Assembly: GCA_051362555.1 (NCBI GenBank)
Contig: JBPQGU010000016.1
Coordinates: 5,828,001 to 5,892,000 of the forward strand
Reading direction: 5' to 3'
DNA: 64,000 nt
Source of the DNA: Lingula anatina
Taxonomy: Eukaryota > Animalia > Brachiopoda
The notes beneath the pieces are model-generated. The model saw only the letters and a list, made by a program, of their open reading frames with translations, was not told where the DNA came from and ran no database searches. Position numbers and translations under genes: made by a program. Of this stretch, positions 13,401 through 26,910 are shown piece after piece (position 1 is the stretch's first letter; the number at the start of each line of letters is the position of its first letter).

Positions 13401-16400
13401 TATAATGAGGAGTTATTTCTGGTCTTTTTATATCACAGGCTACACGGGGGACTACTGTGAGGAAAATATCAACTTCTGTGCACAGAATGAATGTGGCATC
13501 AACAACACCTGCATAGATGGCGCTGGTGGTTATCAGTGTATTTGTGTTGAAGGAAGGACAGGGCGTCACTGCCAGGAAAGGGTCAACCAGTGCACCAGTA
13601 GTCCCTGTCTGAATGAGGCTCAGTGTGTGGAAGAGGAGGATGACTTCAGGTGTATGTGCAGGTAATATACATGTAGGGGTTGATTAGTGTGTTATTTAAG
13701 AATGGTGCTCATGTTTTTAAAAAGATAATTGATGAAAGTAGCTGACTGAAATATTAAAACAACAAAACGGGTAATGACAATTGGTGGAATGCAAATGAGG
13801 AAGATTAAAAGAAATTGAATTATACAAGATCAGTCACTTTTCAAATCAAACTCTTTTGTTCTGGTCCGATCTCACTGTTTTCTTGAGCCAAAGTTTGAAC
13901 ATCAATGACTTCCTTACTTTGATTTTAGTCTCTTTAGACAAATGATCATGAAAACAGGTGTAAGCAATTAATTGTCTGGTAAAAGAAAGGTTTTTAAAAT
14001 AGCTTGTATTTTTATGCATTTCATATACAAAAGAAATGCAGCAACTGAAAAGTAATATATTTGCAATTTGTTTCAGCAGGCACACATACATGCACACACA
14101 CGCACACATACACAAACCAACTTGCACAAGAAACTTCCCTTTTCAGGTAATACAACTTTGTTTTGTGAAACATTTTTTTCAAGTTTATGTAATTTTATCA
14201 TGCAATTCTGTATATTCAGGCCAGGCTATACAGGAGGCCAGTGTGAGGTGGACATAGACGATTGCCTCAGTTCTCCCTGTGTGAACAATGCTACCTGTGT
14301 GGATGGCCTCCATAGTTACTCCTGTGTCTGTCCTCAGGTAAAAGAAACAGCCAGTCTACTGGGTATATCATGTCAAGGTTTTAATTCTGGCTTTCTTAAA
14401 TCTGGGTTCAATTACCAGGTTTAAATCTGGTTTAAATCCATATTCACATACCTTAAAACTGGTTTTAACCTGGTTTAAACTTGGTATATCTTGGTTTATA
14501 TATATCTTAAATCTATGTTTAAGTCCACATATCACATATCTGTTTTTTCAATTTGTGCGTTTTATATTTAGGGATCTAAAGCTACTGTTATTATTTTTAA
14601 ATTTTTTACAGGGCTTCCTGGGCATCCATTGTGAAGAAGACCTGGATGAGTGTCAGTCACATCCTTGTCACCACAATGGTTCTTGTGAAGATGGTTTGAA
14701 TGGTTTCACCTGTCACTGCCCAGTTAACTATACAGGGTGGACATGTTTACATGTAATAGACCCGTGTTCTAGTTCTCCGTGTCATAGCGGGGCTCACTGT
14801 GTTCCAGCAGGACTGGAGTATAGGTGTGGATGTCTGCCAGGTAATACTGTATTGATTGAAGTTATTTGGACCAGAAATATTATTTTATTGTGACCTATTA
14901 ATTTTTAATTTAAATGTATTTTTAATGTTTTAAGCGTAAATGTTTTCCTTGATATTGATAAATCAAAATGTGATAAATAGATAAACATATTGTATACAAT
15001 GTTTTACAACACTTACTATCAATTTTGTAAAAATCTGATGACCATATATGTCCTATATGTCCACACTATCTTTTTAAGTTAATAAAAAAGTTAATATGAA
15101 AGATCTCATAGTTGCTTCTGCATATTTGATCTGAAGATAAAAATACTTGATTTTAAAGGTTACACAGGCAGCAGATGTGAGGTAGATGTAGATGAGTGTC
15201 AGTCAAACCCCTGTTATCATGGAGGTACATGTGTGGACCAGGTGAACAGCTTCTGGTGCAGGTGTGCTGACAACTTTACTGGGGACACCTGTAGGTCAGG
15301 TAGGTATGATTGTTATAGTAATGAATTAAAAGACTTAGTATTGGTCTTTGAAAAAAAAATGTAATTTAAAATTTCATAGGAGTCTTCAACAGTTTTCTTG
15401 TATTTATCTGCCATGACTCTAGTACAGACTCAATTTAAGGTGCAATTTGAATTCCTTTTGGGAGCATAAATTAAATCATCTAAAAGGTCTTTTACTTTTA
15501 GGTGAAAAATATCTTTTTAGAAAACTACATGTTTTCCTGTTCTTTAAAGCAGTATGCAAACTTTCAGATTTTTATTAAATTAGGTAGCAACCTAGCAATT
15601 AATCTGTCATCTGATACTTAATGTTGATATCTTGAATGCTATGTTATCAGCTGTGGACCCTTGTTTGAATGTGACATACGATGAAGATGGTAATCCAAGG
15701 TTAGTTTCCAGTTCAATATGTGGTCTCCATGGCAACTGTATCTCTCCAGATGGGCAAGTTGCCAAGTGTGAATGCCATCCTTCATTTACAGGAGCCTTCT
15801 GTGATATAGGTATGTTGTGGACAACTTATTTCTTTTATATAATGTCATTTATCTTTTAGTGTGTATTAGCAATAATGTATTGTTTGTATGTGTGTTTATG
15901 TGTGTTTATGTGTGTTCATGTGTGTTTATGTGTGTTTATGTGTGTTCATGTGTGTTTATGTGTGTTCATGTGTGTTCATGTGTGTTTATGTGTGTTCATG
16001 TGTGTTTATGTGTGTTTATGTGTGCAAGTGTGTCTGCATGTGTTTGTAGTCAAGGTACAATTAATATTAGAAATGTGTGGATAAATGTATTGTCCAGTTC
16101 TTATTATAAAAAAGTATTTTATGTCATTGTATAGATTGTTTTTCTTTGAAATATATAAATTGTTTGCAGTTTTGTTAGAAATTTACCTGGTCTTTCAGAA
16201 ATAATTGATACACCTTGCTATGAGAATACGACCCTTCATGAAGATGGAACAGTATGGCCACAGCAATGTAACAATTGTTCTTGTCACCAGGGGGAGATAG
16301 AGTGTACAATGGTGATGATTTTCTGCAGTTTTCTCTTAATTTCATATTCACTTTTATGTGTAAAGCAAATTAAATCATTGCTGAAAAGATACTGGTATAT

Positions 16401-18726
16401 AAATACAAAAATGCCTAAATGTGACATCTTTAAGGAGAACTGGGAATTTTTGCACCAAATGAGATTTTTCTCAAGAAAAAGGCAATTTTGTCCTACTCAG
16501 TAATCATTGCTCAACCTGCGCTGCCATTGGAATCGATGCTTTATACCATTTCTAGTGAGATGTATTAGCTTGTGAGGTTCTAAGATTCAGAAGGAAATTA
16601 TGACATCAGGCATGCTTCTGATGAACTTTTTTTATTTGAGTTTTATTTGGTTTTTAAAACAGTACAAACAAAGTAGAAAAGGAAAAAGCAAATTGCAAAG
16701 GATAATTCAGTTAATGGAATAATTTCTTTTATGTTTATTCTTGCTATTTCTAGTTGTGGTGTGGACGAGAAAAGTGTGCTTTAGCAGACGATACTCAACA
16801 GAATACATTGCCACCAGATGTCAGGCTAACTTGCCCCCCAGGACAAACTTGTAATAAAATTTTAGATCTTGAATGTCTCAGTCCCCCCTGCAGTACTCAG
16901 TATGGGCTCTGTAGCTACCAGGGCTCCTCTTGGTGTAGCCCTCTATTGGGCTCTGCTGGACCAGAATGTACCAAGTTGAAAGTTATACTGGACCAAAAAA
17001 ATATACCAAAGGTGAGACTTTGCTACTTAAAAAGCCTGCTGTACTCTTGTGCATGTAATGAAATTCACGCTTATGTAAACAAAGTTCTGTGGAAAAGGAT
17101 TTTAAAAATAAATTTGTTGGCATGATATTTTCTAATTTTTGGCAAGATAACAATTTTATTATTTTCGAGACCAGGGACCATTTTTAACAAAAAGTACTTT
17201 TTACCATTTATTTATTTTCACCAGTCTTTACCCATATAGAATCGGACAAAAGATATACAACTTCTGCTTTTTGTGATGTTTTTATTAACTTAATTGTAGA
17301 TATACAACTTCTGTTTGTTAACTTAGCAGTACCCCAGTACTTTGTTGCAAAATTTCAGGGATTCACAGTTGAAGAATTCTGCCATGCTGTACGGAAGATT
17401 CCAGCAATAAGGAAGTTTTACCAGACGTCACCTTTGATAATCCAGTGTCAACAAGTGCAGACTGAGAAGAAAATACAGTTAGGAATATCAGTGGTGAGGA
17501 GTGATACCGTTACATTTAGTTGATGTCATTTGTTGAACAATAAGCTTTCTGCATGGGTTGTTATAACTATTATAATAAGAAAAGTCAGGAATTGTGATAG
17601 GAGAACCAAGAAATTGCTCAAACATATAGAACATTTTTTTTTAAACTTTGGTTTGAGAAGAAACATAGTGTCTGGATATATTAATTATTATATACATGTA
17701 GCAACTATACACATATAGTAATGTAGTGGTGCATTTTGGAAATCAAGGTAATTTTTTCAATGTTTAATTGTAAATAAATTGATACCACATCAGGAGAGTG
17801 AGAACGGGACTGGTCTTGGCTTGATTGCTGCAGCAGAGCTGAGGGACAACATGAAAGCTGAGGCAGGGAGAGAGGACAGTGACTTCACCGCTGTGGTAGA
17901 TGTGACATTTGGAGACATAGTGGCCAAGGAACAGAAACGGAGCAGTAGTGAGTTTATTTTTATATATGTTAATTGAAGATTCCATTTTGGAAATATTCGG
18001 AGTAGGAGTTTATATAATGCTAACGAATCATTTGTTTAATTTTTTATATTAAATAAGAGACTTCATTGCAAAACTCCTTAATGTTTTGTCTTTGAGTATA
18101 TTTTTTCCTTGATGTACTAATGTTATGATGTAGATGAAAACTGCTTGCTAAGTTAATTATGCATTGCATATCTCAAAGGCACATGTGAAAATCTATATCA
18201 GAAATCATGACGTGAATCAGTAAATAAAGGCAAAATTTCTTAAGGCAAAAACAAATGACTTGAATACTGATATGATCTCCATTTATCTGTTATGAAGACA
18301 TGAAATAATACATTACTTTGAAATACACAGAACCTTCATTATTTCTCAGTTGTTGAATTCAGTGGAGGAATTTAATTTTTTTAAATTTTTTTTATTTCAG
18401 AAGGAGACAGTTTGTTATTGACATTCATCATTGCATCCAGTGTTGCTGCGTTTGGATTACTCACTGTGATAATAGTGTATTGTAGGAGAAAATGTAACGC
18501 AAAAAAGTTGCATTCCTCCGTGAAGGTAGGAGATGGACAGGAGCCATATTTGGTCCTGTCACCCGAGAATTCCACCAGCAAGACAACTGCTTTTATAAAC
18601 CCGGTGTATGGCAGAAACAGTCATGAAACGGAGTCTGCAACATGTGATAAAAATTTGACCTTGGAAGAGCGACATGTGTCACAGTTTGTAACATTTGGAA
18701 AAAGGCAAAACGAAAGCTTATCATAA
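4469..18726 (+). CDS. Jagged/Serrate-like EGF-repeat transmembrane protein, 5'-partial (at least 31 EGF repeats, VWC/cysteine-rich domain, stalk, TM, about 80-aa tail)
   Basis: Phase-consistent GT-AG exons: 4469-4679, 5115-5245, 5459-5752, 6120-6267, (6525 or 7767)-7914, 8271-8589, 8988-9110, 9394-9726, 10005-10215, 10528-10772, 11295-11505, 12131-12384, 12628-12732, 13439-13661, 14220-14337, 14612-14840, 15159-15299, 15651-15809, 16199-16311, 16754-17011, 17359-17493, 17794-17947, 18401-18726. Most EGFs have the Ca-binding pattern (NIDEC..PC..GTC.D....C.C..G..G..C). Jagged-like motifs: [15 protein letters not shown] (interrupted EGF), [18 protein letters not shown] (VWC) and [12 protein letters not shown] (stalk). 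TM segment [24 protein letters not shown] is followed by RRK. The N-terminus (signal, C2, DSL) is not in the window. Confidence 0.88.
6525..7766 (+). repeat. Tandem array of an acceptor plus partial EGF exon: 16 units of 63 bp and 3 units of 78 bp
   Basis: The unit is ttgttatccaggctacactggcagagtatgtagtgtagatattaatgaatgtctctatttcag. Unit starts are 6525, 6588, 6651, 6714, 6792, 6870, 6933, 7011, then every 63 bp to 7767, where the intact exon begins. Confidence 0.97.
10773..10840 (+). repeat. 62-bp tandem duplication of an exon 3' end including its splice donor
   Basis: ggcagcacttgcatggacgctgtggctggttactcttgtgtctgcctgccag|gtat is repeated as ggcagcacctgtagggatgctgtggttggttactcttgtgtctgtctgccag|gtat. 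Confidence 0.9.
12783..12944. mobile_element. MITE, diverged copy of the family at 36989-37156
   Basis: It starts caggggcagatt and shares the internal sequence aagtttacattgacg.gtatct...ggatcaacaaa...ctgtcagaaa with 36989-37156. Confidence 0.75.
15887..16045. repeat. 10-bp minisatellite (tgtgtttatg / tgtgttcatg)
   Basis: Directly visible in the intron. It explains the spurious VFMCV-type ORFs. Confidence 0.95.
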
Positions 18727-19107
18727 GTGGGAACAGAAATAGATGATAAGTTGATTCATAGATCATCAAGGTTTACACACATTTGCATGACTTATGCCTG
18801 GTAACATTATAATTATGTGCCCACATGAAGAAAATGGTGCCAAAAAGGAGAAAAGCTTTAACATATAGAGGAGAAAGATGCTGCAGAAGGGCCCCTTTAC
18901 ATTTCAGATAACGCTAGAACGTGAACAGTTGATACACAATTTCAATCAAAGCAATCAAAAAGTGAAGAAAAAAAGCTGGGGATTGCTGCTTTATGTAATA
19001 AATACCAAGCTTTGTTCTCTTTGAATTGTATTCATTTGACTCCAGTATTACTGAAATATCTAGACAGAATCAAACTTATTCCTGTGGTTGAAAGTTTTTA
19101 AAGAAAA

Positions 19108-19197
19108 TGTGTTTGAGGAGATATTAAGCAATGAGCACAATTTGAACATGATTGTGTTTGAGGTGCTATTAAGCAATGAGCACAACTTGATTGTGTT
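19108..19197 (+). repeat. About 45-bp tandem duplication in the probable 3' UTR of the Jagged-like gene
   Basis: tgtgtttgagg.g.tattaagcaatgagcacaa occurs twice. Confidence 0.85.
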
Positions 19198-22100
19198 TCT
19201 TCCATGAAATTATTCTGTGATTGTGTCTGTGCAATGGACAGTGACATTTGTAATCTTTAATGCACAATTACTGGAAAACAATTTATAGTTGTATTTCCAA
19301 TTTTCAATATTGTTTTATGTTACTTATATACCTCGGCTTTTTACATTTTATTTTTCAGAAATCACTGAATGCTCACGAATGTTATTTAAAACAAGTACAG
19401 TGATTAAGGTGACATTAACTTCACTTTCAGACTGTACTTCTGTTAAATATTTTACAAAAAATAAATAAATAAGAAATAGTAAATGAAAATGCAATGTTTT
19501 AAAGTTAACCTTTAATTAGTTTTTTTTTTTAAGAAAACATTTTTTTTTATCAATTGAGCCATTATGTCCTTTTTACACAGAGTGAAATGAAACTATAAAA
19601 TTAAACTTGTTACATTCTGAGCTCATTGGTCCAGCCCAGTTTGGCCCTATGATCAGCCCCAAGCTTTAGGTAACTAATATTCCAACTGAGCAGTTTTGAT
19701 GTTATGGTATTTATATTAAAATTGATTATTTGATAATATCCAAACTTTCCTGAGAAAATAATCAAATAGAAGAACATATTAAACAGTCACCGCCCGTGTG
19801 AGCACTTAAAACAAGCACCAGACCCCTCTAATATGAATATAGAAATCAAATTAGACACAATGAATTAACAGTTCAGACACTGCTATGGTCAGTGCTTTCT
19901 CTGGCATACTCTTATAGTACATGAAGTGATTTCCTCACTGTGTTCATGGCCCATACATAGGACAGTGACTAATTCATCATAAATATGCAGCTATAGTAAA
20001 CCACGGACATTAAACAAGGGATGGATTAGTAAGAACTGTTAACTGTACCAGCAGACTATACCCATACAGCATTTGCCTTATGTAGTTCATCACTATTGCC
20101 TTCACGGTCCTCAATAGTGCTACTAATGCTAGTTTGTACAACTGCAGGCATACCAATGCTCCACATTTCCTTAATTCTTTCTCGGAAAATATGGCAGCTT
20201 TACATGTGGGAAATGAAAAAGGCGGTTTAATTTAACACTCTGCTTGCTTCAGGATAAATGGTAGAGTGTCAGGAGAGAAAAAAGAAGTAGTTAAGGCCCT
20301 ATCATCTTAAATGTCAGTATCGTCTGAGGACCGCAAGGCAGATAAGAAAGACTAATGACTGTATTGGGACACGCAAGTAGTGAGCTATGGTAAAATTTAA
20401 TCAAAGTTTATTTCATGAAGGGCTCTCTAAGCCAGTTGGATATCACCCATTTACCACACTTTGGGCTTGATAACCAACGATCCTCCGACTTTAATGGCAT
20501 TACATGGGTAATTACATCTCTTCTGACTGTGCAGGCCCAGGTAGTTTTCACCAGTTGACTGCGCCACTAAATTATTATCCCCATTTATCTAGCTCATTTT
20601 TTTGTCCCTGAGCGGCAGTTATTGGATTCTGTGGATAAACTGAGCAAACAAACAGAAAGAAAATCCCAGGTTTCAATATCATTGCCATTTTATTAAAAGC
20701 CTTCCCGTCAACCTTTTGAGCAAATAACAATCAAATAACAATCCTGATTGTTTCCCCAATATTTATTGACGATGTGATACACTGAAATCAATAAACATCA
20801 ATTCTGTGCCGGCACAAAAGTTAATGTCTCGAAGAAAAGTGGAATCCATTAATTATATGGTCTTTGATTTCGGTGCTCACCTCTGCAGCATCAGTTGACG
20901 GTGATAAAAATGACAGATCAGGCAGAGACCCCGAGAGCTTTGTTTTTTTAAATAACCTCAGCATTGTTGAATTAAAGTTCAATTTACCATAGAAACTAAA
21001 GGTGGGAAGTTTTTTTATCAAGCAGGAAACACACTTTTTTGTCAAATGAGATTAGGATTACCAAGTGTTTTACAGCTGCTGTCTAGAGAGAAGGTAATTA
21101 AACCTTTTGTTTTTTTTAAAGTGATATATTATATTGAACCATTATGTTCTTGCTGCGCATGTATGATGTCTTCTTACAGGGATATAATGGAGTTTGTAGA
21201 CATGAAAAAGAATAATCGTCCTCTGTCACTCTACTCCCTGATGTTCTATAAGTATGACTGGAATGAAGTTACACAATAGGTAACACTTATACCATTAACA
21301 TCAAAAGTCCATTAACTCCACACAACAACCTCCCTGTTTTAAACCCAGTCAATAGATTCCCATGGCTCATTGTCATGTACAATTCAATTGCTTCTTTTGT
21401 GGGCAGATACGTTGTTCAGTACGGTAGAAAAAATATACAAGAAAGGAGATCTTTCAATGCAAGGCATTGCTTTCTTTCACATGAAGCTGTGGAAGATCCA
21501 GGGGGTTTCTGAAGCGAGACTGGGGGGGAGGGAGGGGGGGGGTAGTGGTAAAAATTGCTCCTTCTGGGCATGTGTACATGAAGAAGACTGTGTTTGAACT
21601 GGCCAATAGCAAAAATTGATTTATAGAAATGTAGTAAATGTACACTTTTCTTGAACTTACAGAATACTAATAACATGTTTTTATTCCCGAAGTTTGTCCA
21701 AAATTAAATTAAATTAATAGTTCATTTCAATTTCTATCCTATAATGAAACTAATTCAAAGTGTTTCTATAGTTCCGTTTCCACAAAATTCCTTGATTCAG
21801 CTCTCCCCACTCCTCCCAACCTTCACCTGTTTCTTTTTTGGAGTTTAAGAACACACACACACCTCCAAGGTAATATTATTAGCATGGTTTTATGTAAAAC
21901 CTGGCATTTGACTTATGAAAAATTTGCCAGGTGGCAGCACTTTTCTGACAAAATGAAGATTTCCATCAAGATTGTGTTTAATATAGTTATCAAAGTGAAT
22001 TTTTAAAACAAATTTTCAGCAAATATTATTATTTATCTAGAGGAGTTGTACATTTAACCAAAGAAAAGAAAAGTCACACACTTTCAAACTGCTTTAAGAT

Positions 22101-23061
22101 AATTTCTTTATTGCTTTAATATCAGTTTGACGCTTATCTCCAGTTCAAAATGGTGGGTGGTAAAATTGTTGCCAGTCCCTTGGACCAACTGAATTCCATT
22201 TTCCTCTGGGCCTTGAAAATTATTAATTGATCATGACTAGTAGAACCTGTATGTCAGTTGACTGAATGATAAACTAGCGTAAATCTGACATCATTTTACA
22301 AAAAGGTTTGAAATTAACTTTATTATATAAAGCTGAACATAAAACTGATACCAGGCAATTTCCCACATGAGGTAGAGCTAGAAATGGCAGCTCACAGCTG
22401 AAATCATGCGTCATTAAATGCTAGACTACCTAGTTTAAATCTGATATCATTAAAATATATAAAGTCATTATCTTTATAATCCAAAGCTTAACAAATATAT
22501 TACTGACAAAAGGCATACATGGGGTAGTCATACTAGTAGCTCCACAATGGAGTTCTCAGGTGAGTCTTGCATCATTTCAGTGACAGGCTAGCTTACACCT
22601 GATCAATTTTACAAAAAAGCATAAAATCATTTTCTTTAAAAAAACAAAACTTTCAATGACAAAAGGCAGCTTTGGCTCCAATAAGAACCAGGTGGACAAA
22701 TCCTCAGCCTTCAGTTATTGATCCTTTTCTCTTTGTTTTTCTGTGTTGACACAGTTACTGGTTAGCAGTATTTGAGAGGAATTTTCCTCCAATCATGAGC
22801 GATTTTTTGAAAGTTCTGTTCATATAGATCAAGTTCGTTAAAAAAGTTATAAATATATTAAGATACTGTTTATAATTTTGGTTTAACAAAATAGCATGAA
22901 AATGATTTATCAACATATGCCATAAAAATAGAAAAATTAATTCAAAGCATATAAAGCATAATGTGCAGTCATTTTATTATCATTATGTCATCTTTGAGGA
23001 ATACATGAAATCTTGTCAAAGAGATGAAAGAGTTCACAAAATGCACCTTCCCCTCACTTCT

Positions 23062-26000
23062 TCAGAAGAAATCATGATTCCCTACTCTCTTGGCAGGCCG
23101 TCCATCACCCACTGTGCAAGACAGCACTTGGAACTTCTTCTTGAATTCATCAATATTCACATAACAACCCTGGAATTGGTTAAATTGTTTTACTTCTCAT
23201 TTTGGAAAACAAGGCAGCAGAGCTGTCAAACGTACAGACAAAAAGCAGAAAATAATAATGCACGTTACTGTCAAAACTTCAACAAAGTAATCTAATCAAG
23301 CTAATTTTCAGACCTTTGAATCAGACCTGCGAGTTTTAAAGCAAAATATAACATGGTCTCTATTTTATTTGTATATTTCTGGATAAAATATGCCGAAAAA
23401 AGAAAATTAAACAGTATAATTTTTGGAAAAATTATCAGATCAGGCTTATTTTCAAACTTAACCTGTATTTCATGAATATTCATCAGTTCTGTAAGTTTGA
23501 AGACAAAAGGTAAAATGGTTTTCATTTTATTTGTATAACAGTGCATAAAATATGCTAAAAAAAAGCCAAAAAAAAGCATAACTTTCTGAAAAATGGTCAG
23601 ATCAGGCTGATTTTCAAACTTGACCTGAATTTCATAAATTTTCATCAATTCTGTAAGTTTGAAGACACAAGGTAAAATGGTTTTCTTCCTCTTTGTATAA
23701 CAATGAAAGCGACGCCAATAACACACTGGCCATACCAGACTCAGGCAACAGCAATATGTACATGCAGACACATCTGTGTATAAAAACTCAACATGCATGT
23801 TAAACCTTGACCACTGGAAAGTTAAATCTATAACACTAAATGAAAACATTAACTTATTTTTACTTAGACTAGTATAATGACCAAGCATATCAGTGTTTCT
23901 TTTGCAGGTTTAAAATCTCACCTGTAGGTGGCGCATACCGCCATTCAGCTCAAACGCCTTGCGTCCATGAAGAACTCTTCTGTTATTAAAGACAATCAAG
24001 TCTCCAGGATTCAGATGACGTTCAATCTGTGAAATATTAATATCATAAATATCTCTGCAATTAACTGACCCAGGCAGTGTGCTGATTAATCAAATTTGAC
24101 AAGGAAACCAATTAGGGTTAAATGTTTAAAATATGATGAGTGGCTATCAATCCCTATGGCTTTGAGGTACTGAATACATTTCATTCACTTCATAAAATTA
24201 TTTTTAAAATCCAATACTTCACTTTGATTTTTCCCAGGTTCAATATAAGTGATTACAGACTTTTGAGTCACTAGCATACTTACTATATGGGGCGAGTTGC
24301 AGAGCATTGACATAAAGCGATGATAAGCCTTATAATATGGCTCTACATCTTCCTGAAAAATGGAAATAATATACATAATTTTACAGCATTTATAAAAGAA
24401 AGAAAAACCCATCCCCTTTGTGAAGAACTTGAACAAACAGCCTAAATTTATATTGTACTACAAAGATGCTCATTATTCAAGAATTTTGACCAGAGTATTT
24501 ATTTCAGAGGAATAGCAATCCAATATTACCTACCTCAGGCACAAACAGAGGTCCTTCAAAATTTGGTGACCAATTGACAGCAACTATCTAAAAGTATAAC
24601 ACCAGTTTAATCAAACTACAATTAAAATATCCACAGACACACCCATCTCCCTCTCTCTCTCTCCCTCTCTCTCTCTGCCAGTCTTTGATCGCATTCACAA
24701 CGAGTTGAGCCAGGCTTTACAAATCCTGGGGACTAAATATGGTGGACGTACATGAAAGAAAAACCGCCTAATCTTGTAATAGTCTCTCTGCCTCTCACAC
24801 GCCTTCCCACACGTCATCCCTGCGGGGGGACAGTCATTAAATCTCAGCTCCATTGGGACGACACATTGGGAGGCATGTAATAACATAGTACACACATTTA
24901 CTCACACCCATTTTATACATTGCTATATTGTTGTAACTATCCAACTTTAATCCCTCCCTCAGTATCATCCATATTCCTCTGATTTATTAGTACCACCAGC
25001 GTGTACGCTGGCGGTACTCATGGTTTTAGTCCCGACCCGTCTCGTACAGCTCCGCCGGCTCCTGCGGCTCCGCCGGCTCCTGCAGCTCCGCCAGCTCCGC
25101 AGTTGGGCGCCGGAAACAAGTCACTGTTACCGCTTCTCCTCCTAGACCGCAAGGACCTGTGTCCCCATCTCTTGGATTTAGGTCACATATAATCTTAACT
25201 TGAACACCCTGGTTTTTTTGTCTCCGTTGGTGCACTGGCCTGGGCGTGACGCTTGTGGAAATGCACCCTTGTCAAAATTTTTGAAAATTCAATGCTAAAT
25301 ATCTCCCAAACCAAAGGAATTATGGGAAAAATTACTTCAGAAGTCTGACCGAAAGTCATATGTGGAGATTCCAAATATACCCTTGGATTTGACTTTTGAC
25401 CTTTTTTTCAAGGTCAAACAAGCCAAAATTTTCTAAAAATGGGAATTTTCTGTAAAAAAATATTTGTTTGTGCTAATTTTTGGAAACTACGCAGCCCTAA
25501 GCTCTCCTGTTATAGTGAGGGGTTACCATTGGGAACTCCTTTCATCTTTGAGAGTTTGGGGTCAATCGGTGCATTTTCACGGGAGAAGCAGCCATTAGAT
25601 ACCGAAACTGAAAACTCGCTCTAAATCTGGAACGGTAAATGCCAGAGACCTCTTTTTTATTGCATTTTGTAGACCTTGTCAAGTGCAATACTGGGGGTGG
25701 TGTCCATTTTTTTGGTTTTTGATATGGTTTAGGCGTTGCCCTATATCAAAAATTACAACATCGCAATATTCAGTAGGGAAAATGTGAAATACTCCAAAAT
25801 TAGCAGAGATACGCCCATAGTTACTATTGAACTTGAATAGGAAGTCATATACTGGTAATCTAACTGCGACCTTGAAATTGACCTTTGACCTACTTTTCAT
25901 TATGAACTGCACTTTGCAAGTTTTCTGATCTTTATATCTCCAAAACTGGCAAAGATACGCCTATAGCTACTATTGAACTTGAATAGGAAGTCATATACTG

Positions 26001-26847
26001 GTAATCTAACTGTGACCTTGAAATTGACCTTTGACCTACTTTTCAGTACTGCACTTTGCAAGTTTTCTGATCTTTATATATCCAAAACTGGCAAAGATAC
26101 GCCCATAGTTACTATTGAACTTGAATAGGAAGTCATATACTGGCAATCTAAATATGATCCTGAAATTGACCTTTGACCTACTTTTCACCATGAACTGAAC
26201 TTTGCAAATATTTCAACCCTTATATCTCCAAAACTGGCAGAGATACACCCATAGTTACTTTTGAACTTTAATAGGAAGTCATATACTGGCAGTCTTATTG
26301 TGACCTTGGAATTGACCTTTAACCTACTTTTCATCATGAACTGAACTTTGCAAATTTTCTATCCCTTATATCTCGGAAACTGGCAGAGATAAGTCCAAAG
26401 TTACAATTGAACTTGAATAGGAAGTCATATACTGGCAATCTTACTGTGACCTTGAAATTGACCTTTGACCTACTATCTATGATGAACTGCACTTTGCATG
26501 TTTCCTGGCCTTCATATCTCCAAAATTGGCAAAGAAATGCCCATAGTTACTATTGAACTTCTATAGGAAGTCATATACTGTGACCTTGAAATTGACCTTT
26601 GACCTACTTTTTCACCACAAACTGAACTCTGCATATTTTCTTGCCCCTCATATCTTCAAAACTAGCAGAGATCTGCCTACTGTTGTCCCAAGGTTTTCTC
26701 TTTTGTCAGCAAATATGCAATACTGATAATACATTTCAAGGAAAACCAATAGGCCTATTGTCTAGAAAATCACAGGAGTGATCAGATCAGTGTTAGGAAA
26801 ATACAGCTCAATTTGCACATCTGCTTGATTTGAACAGTTATGTTTGT

Positions 26848-26910
<63 letters not shown>

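Noticed and set aside
15817-16134. Cys/Val/Met-rich ORFs
   Set aside because: They are translations of a 10-bp intronic minisatellite.
4469-18726. Notch receptor, Crumbs or fibropellin call
   Set aside because: No LNR, ankyrin, laminin-G or avidin domain follows the EGFs. The C-terminus is Jagged-type VWC, stalk and TM.
23301-23888. 195-aa minus-strand ORF
   Set aside because: It lies in the last BBOX intron and arises from 162-bp tandem repeats, with no recognisable domain.
25001-25235. Pro/Ala-rich ORFs on both strands
   Set aside because: They derive from the 18-bp GC minisatellite of the HINE element.
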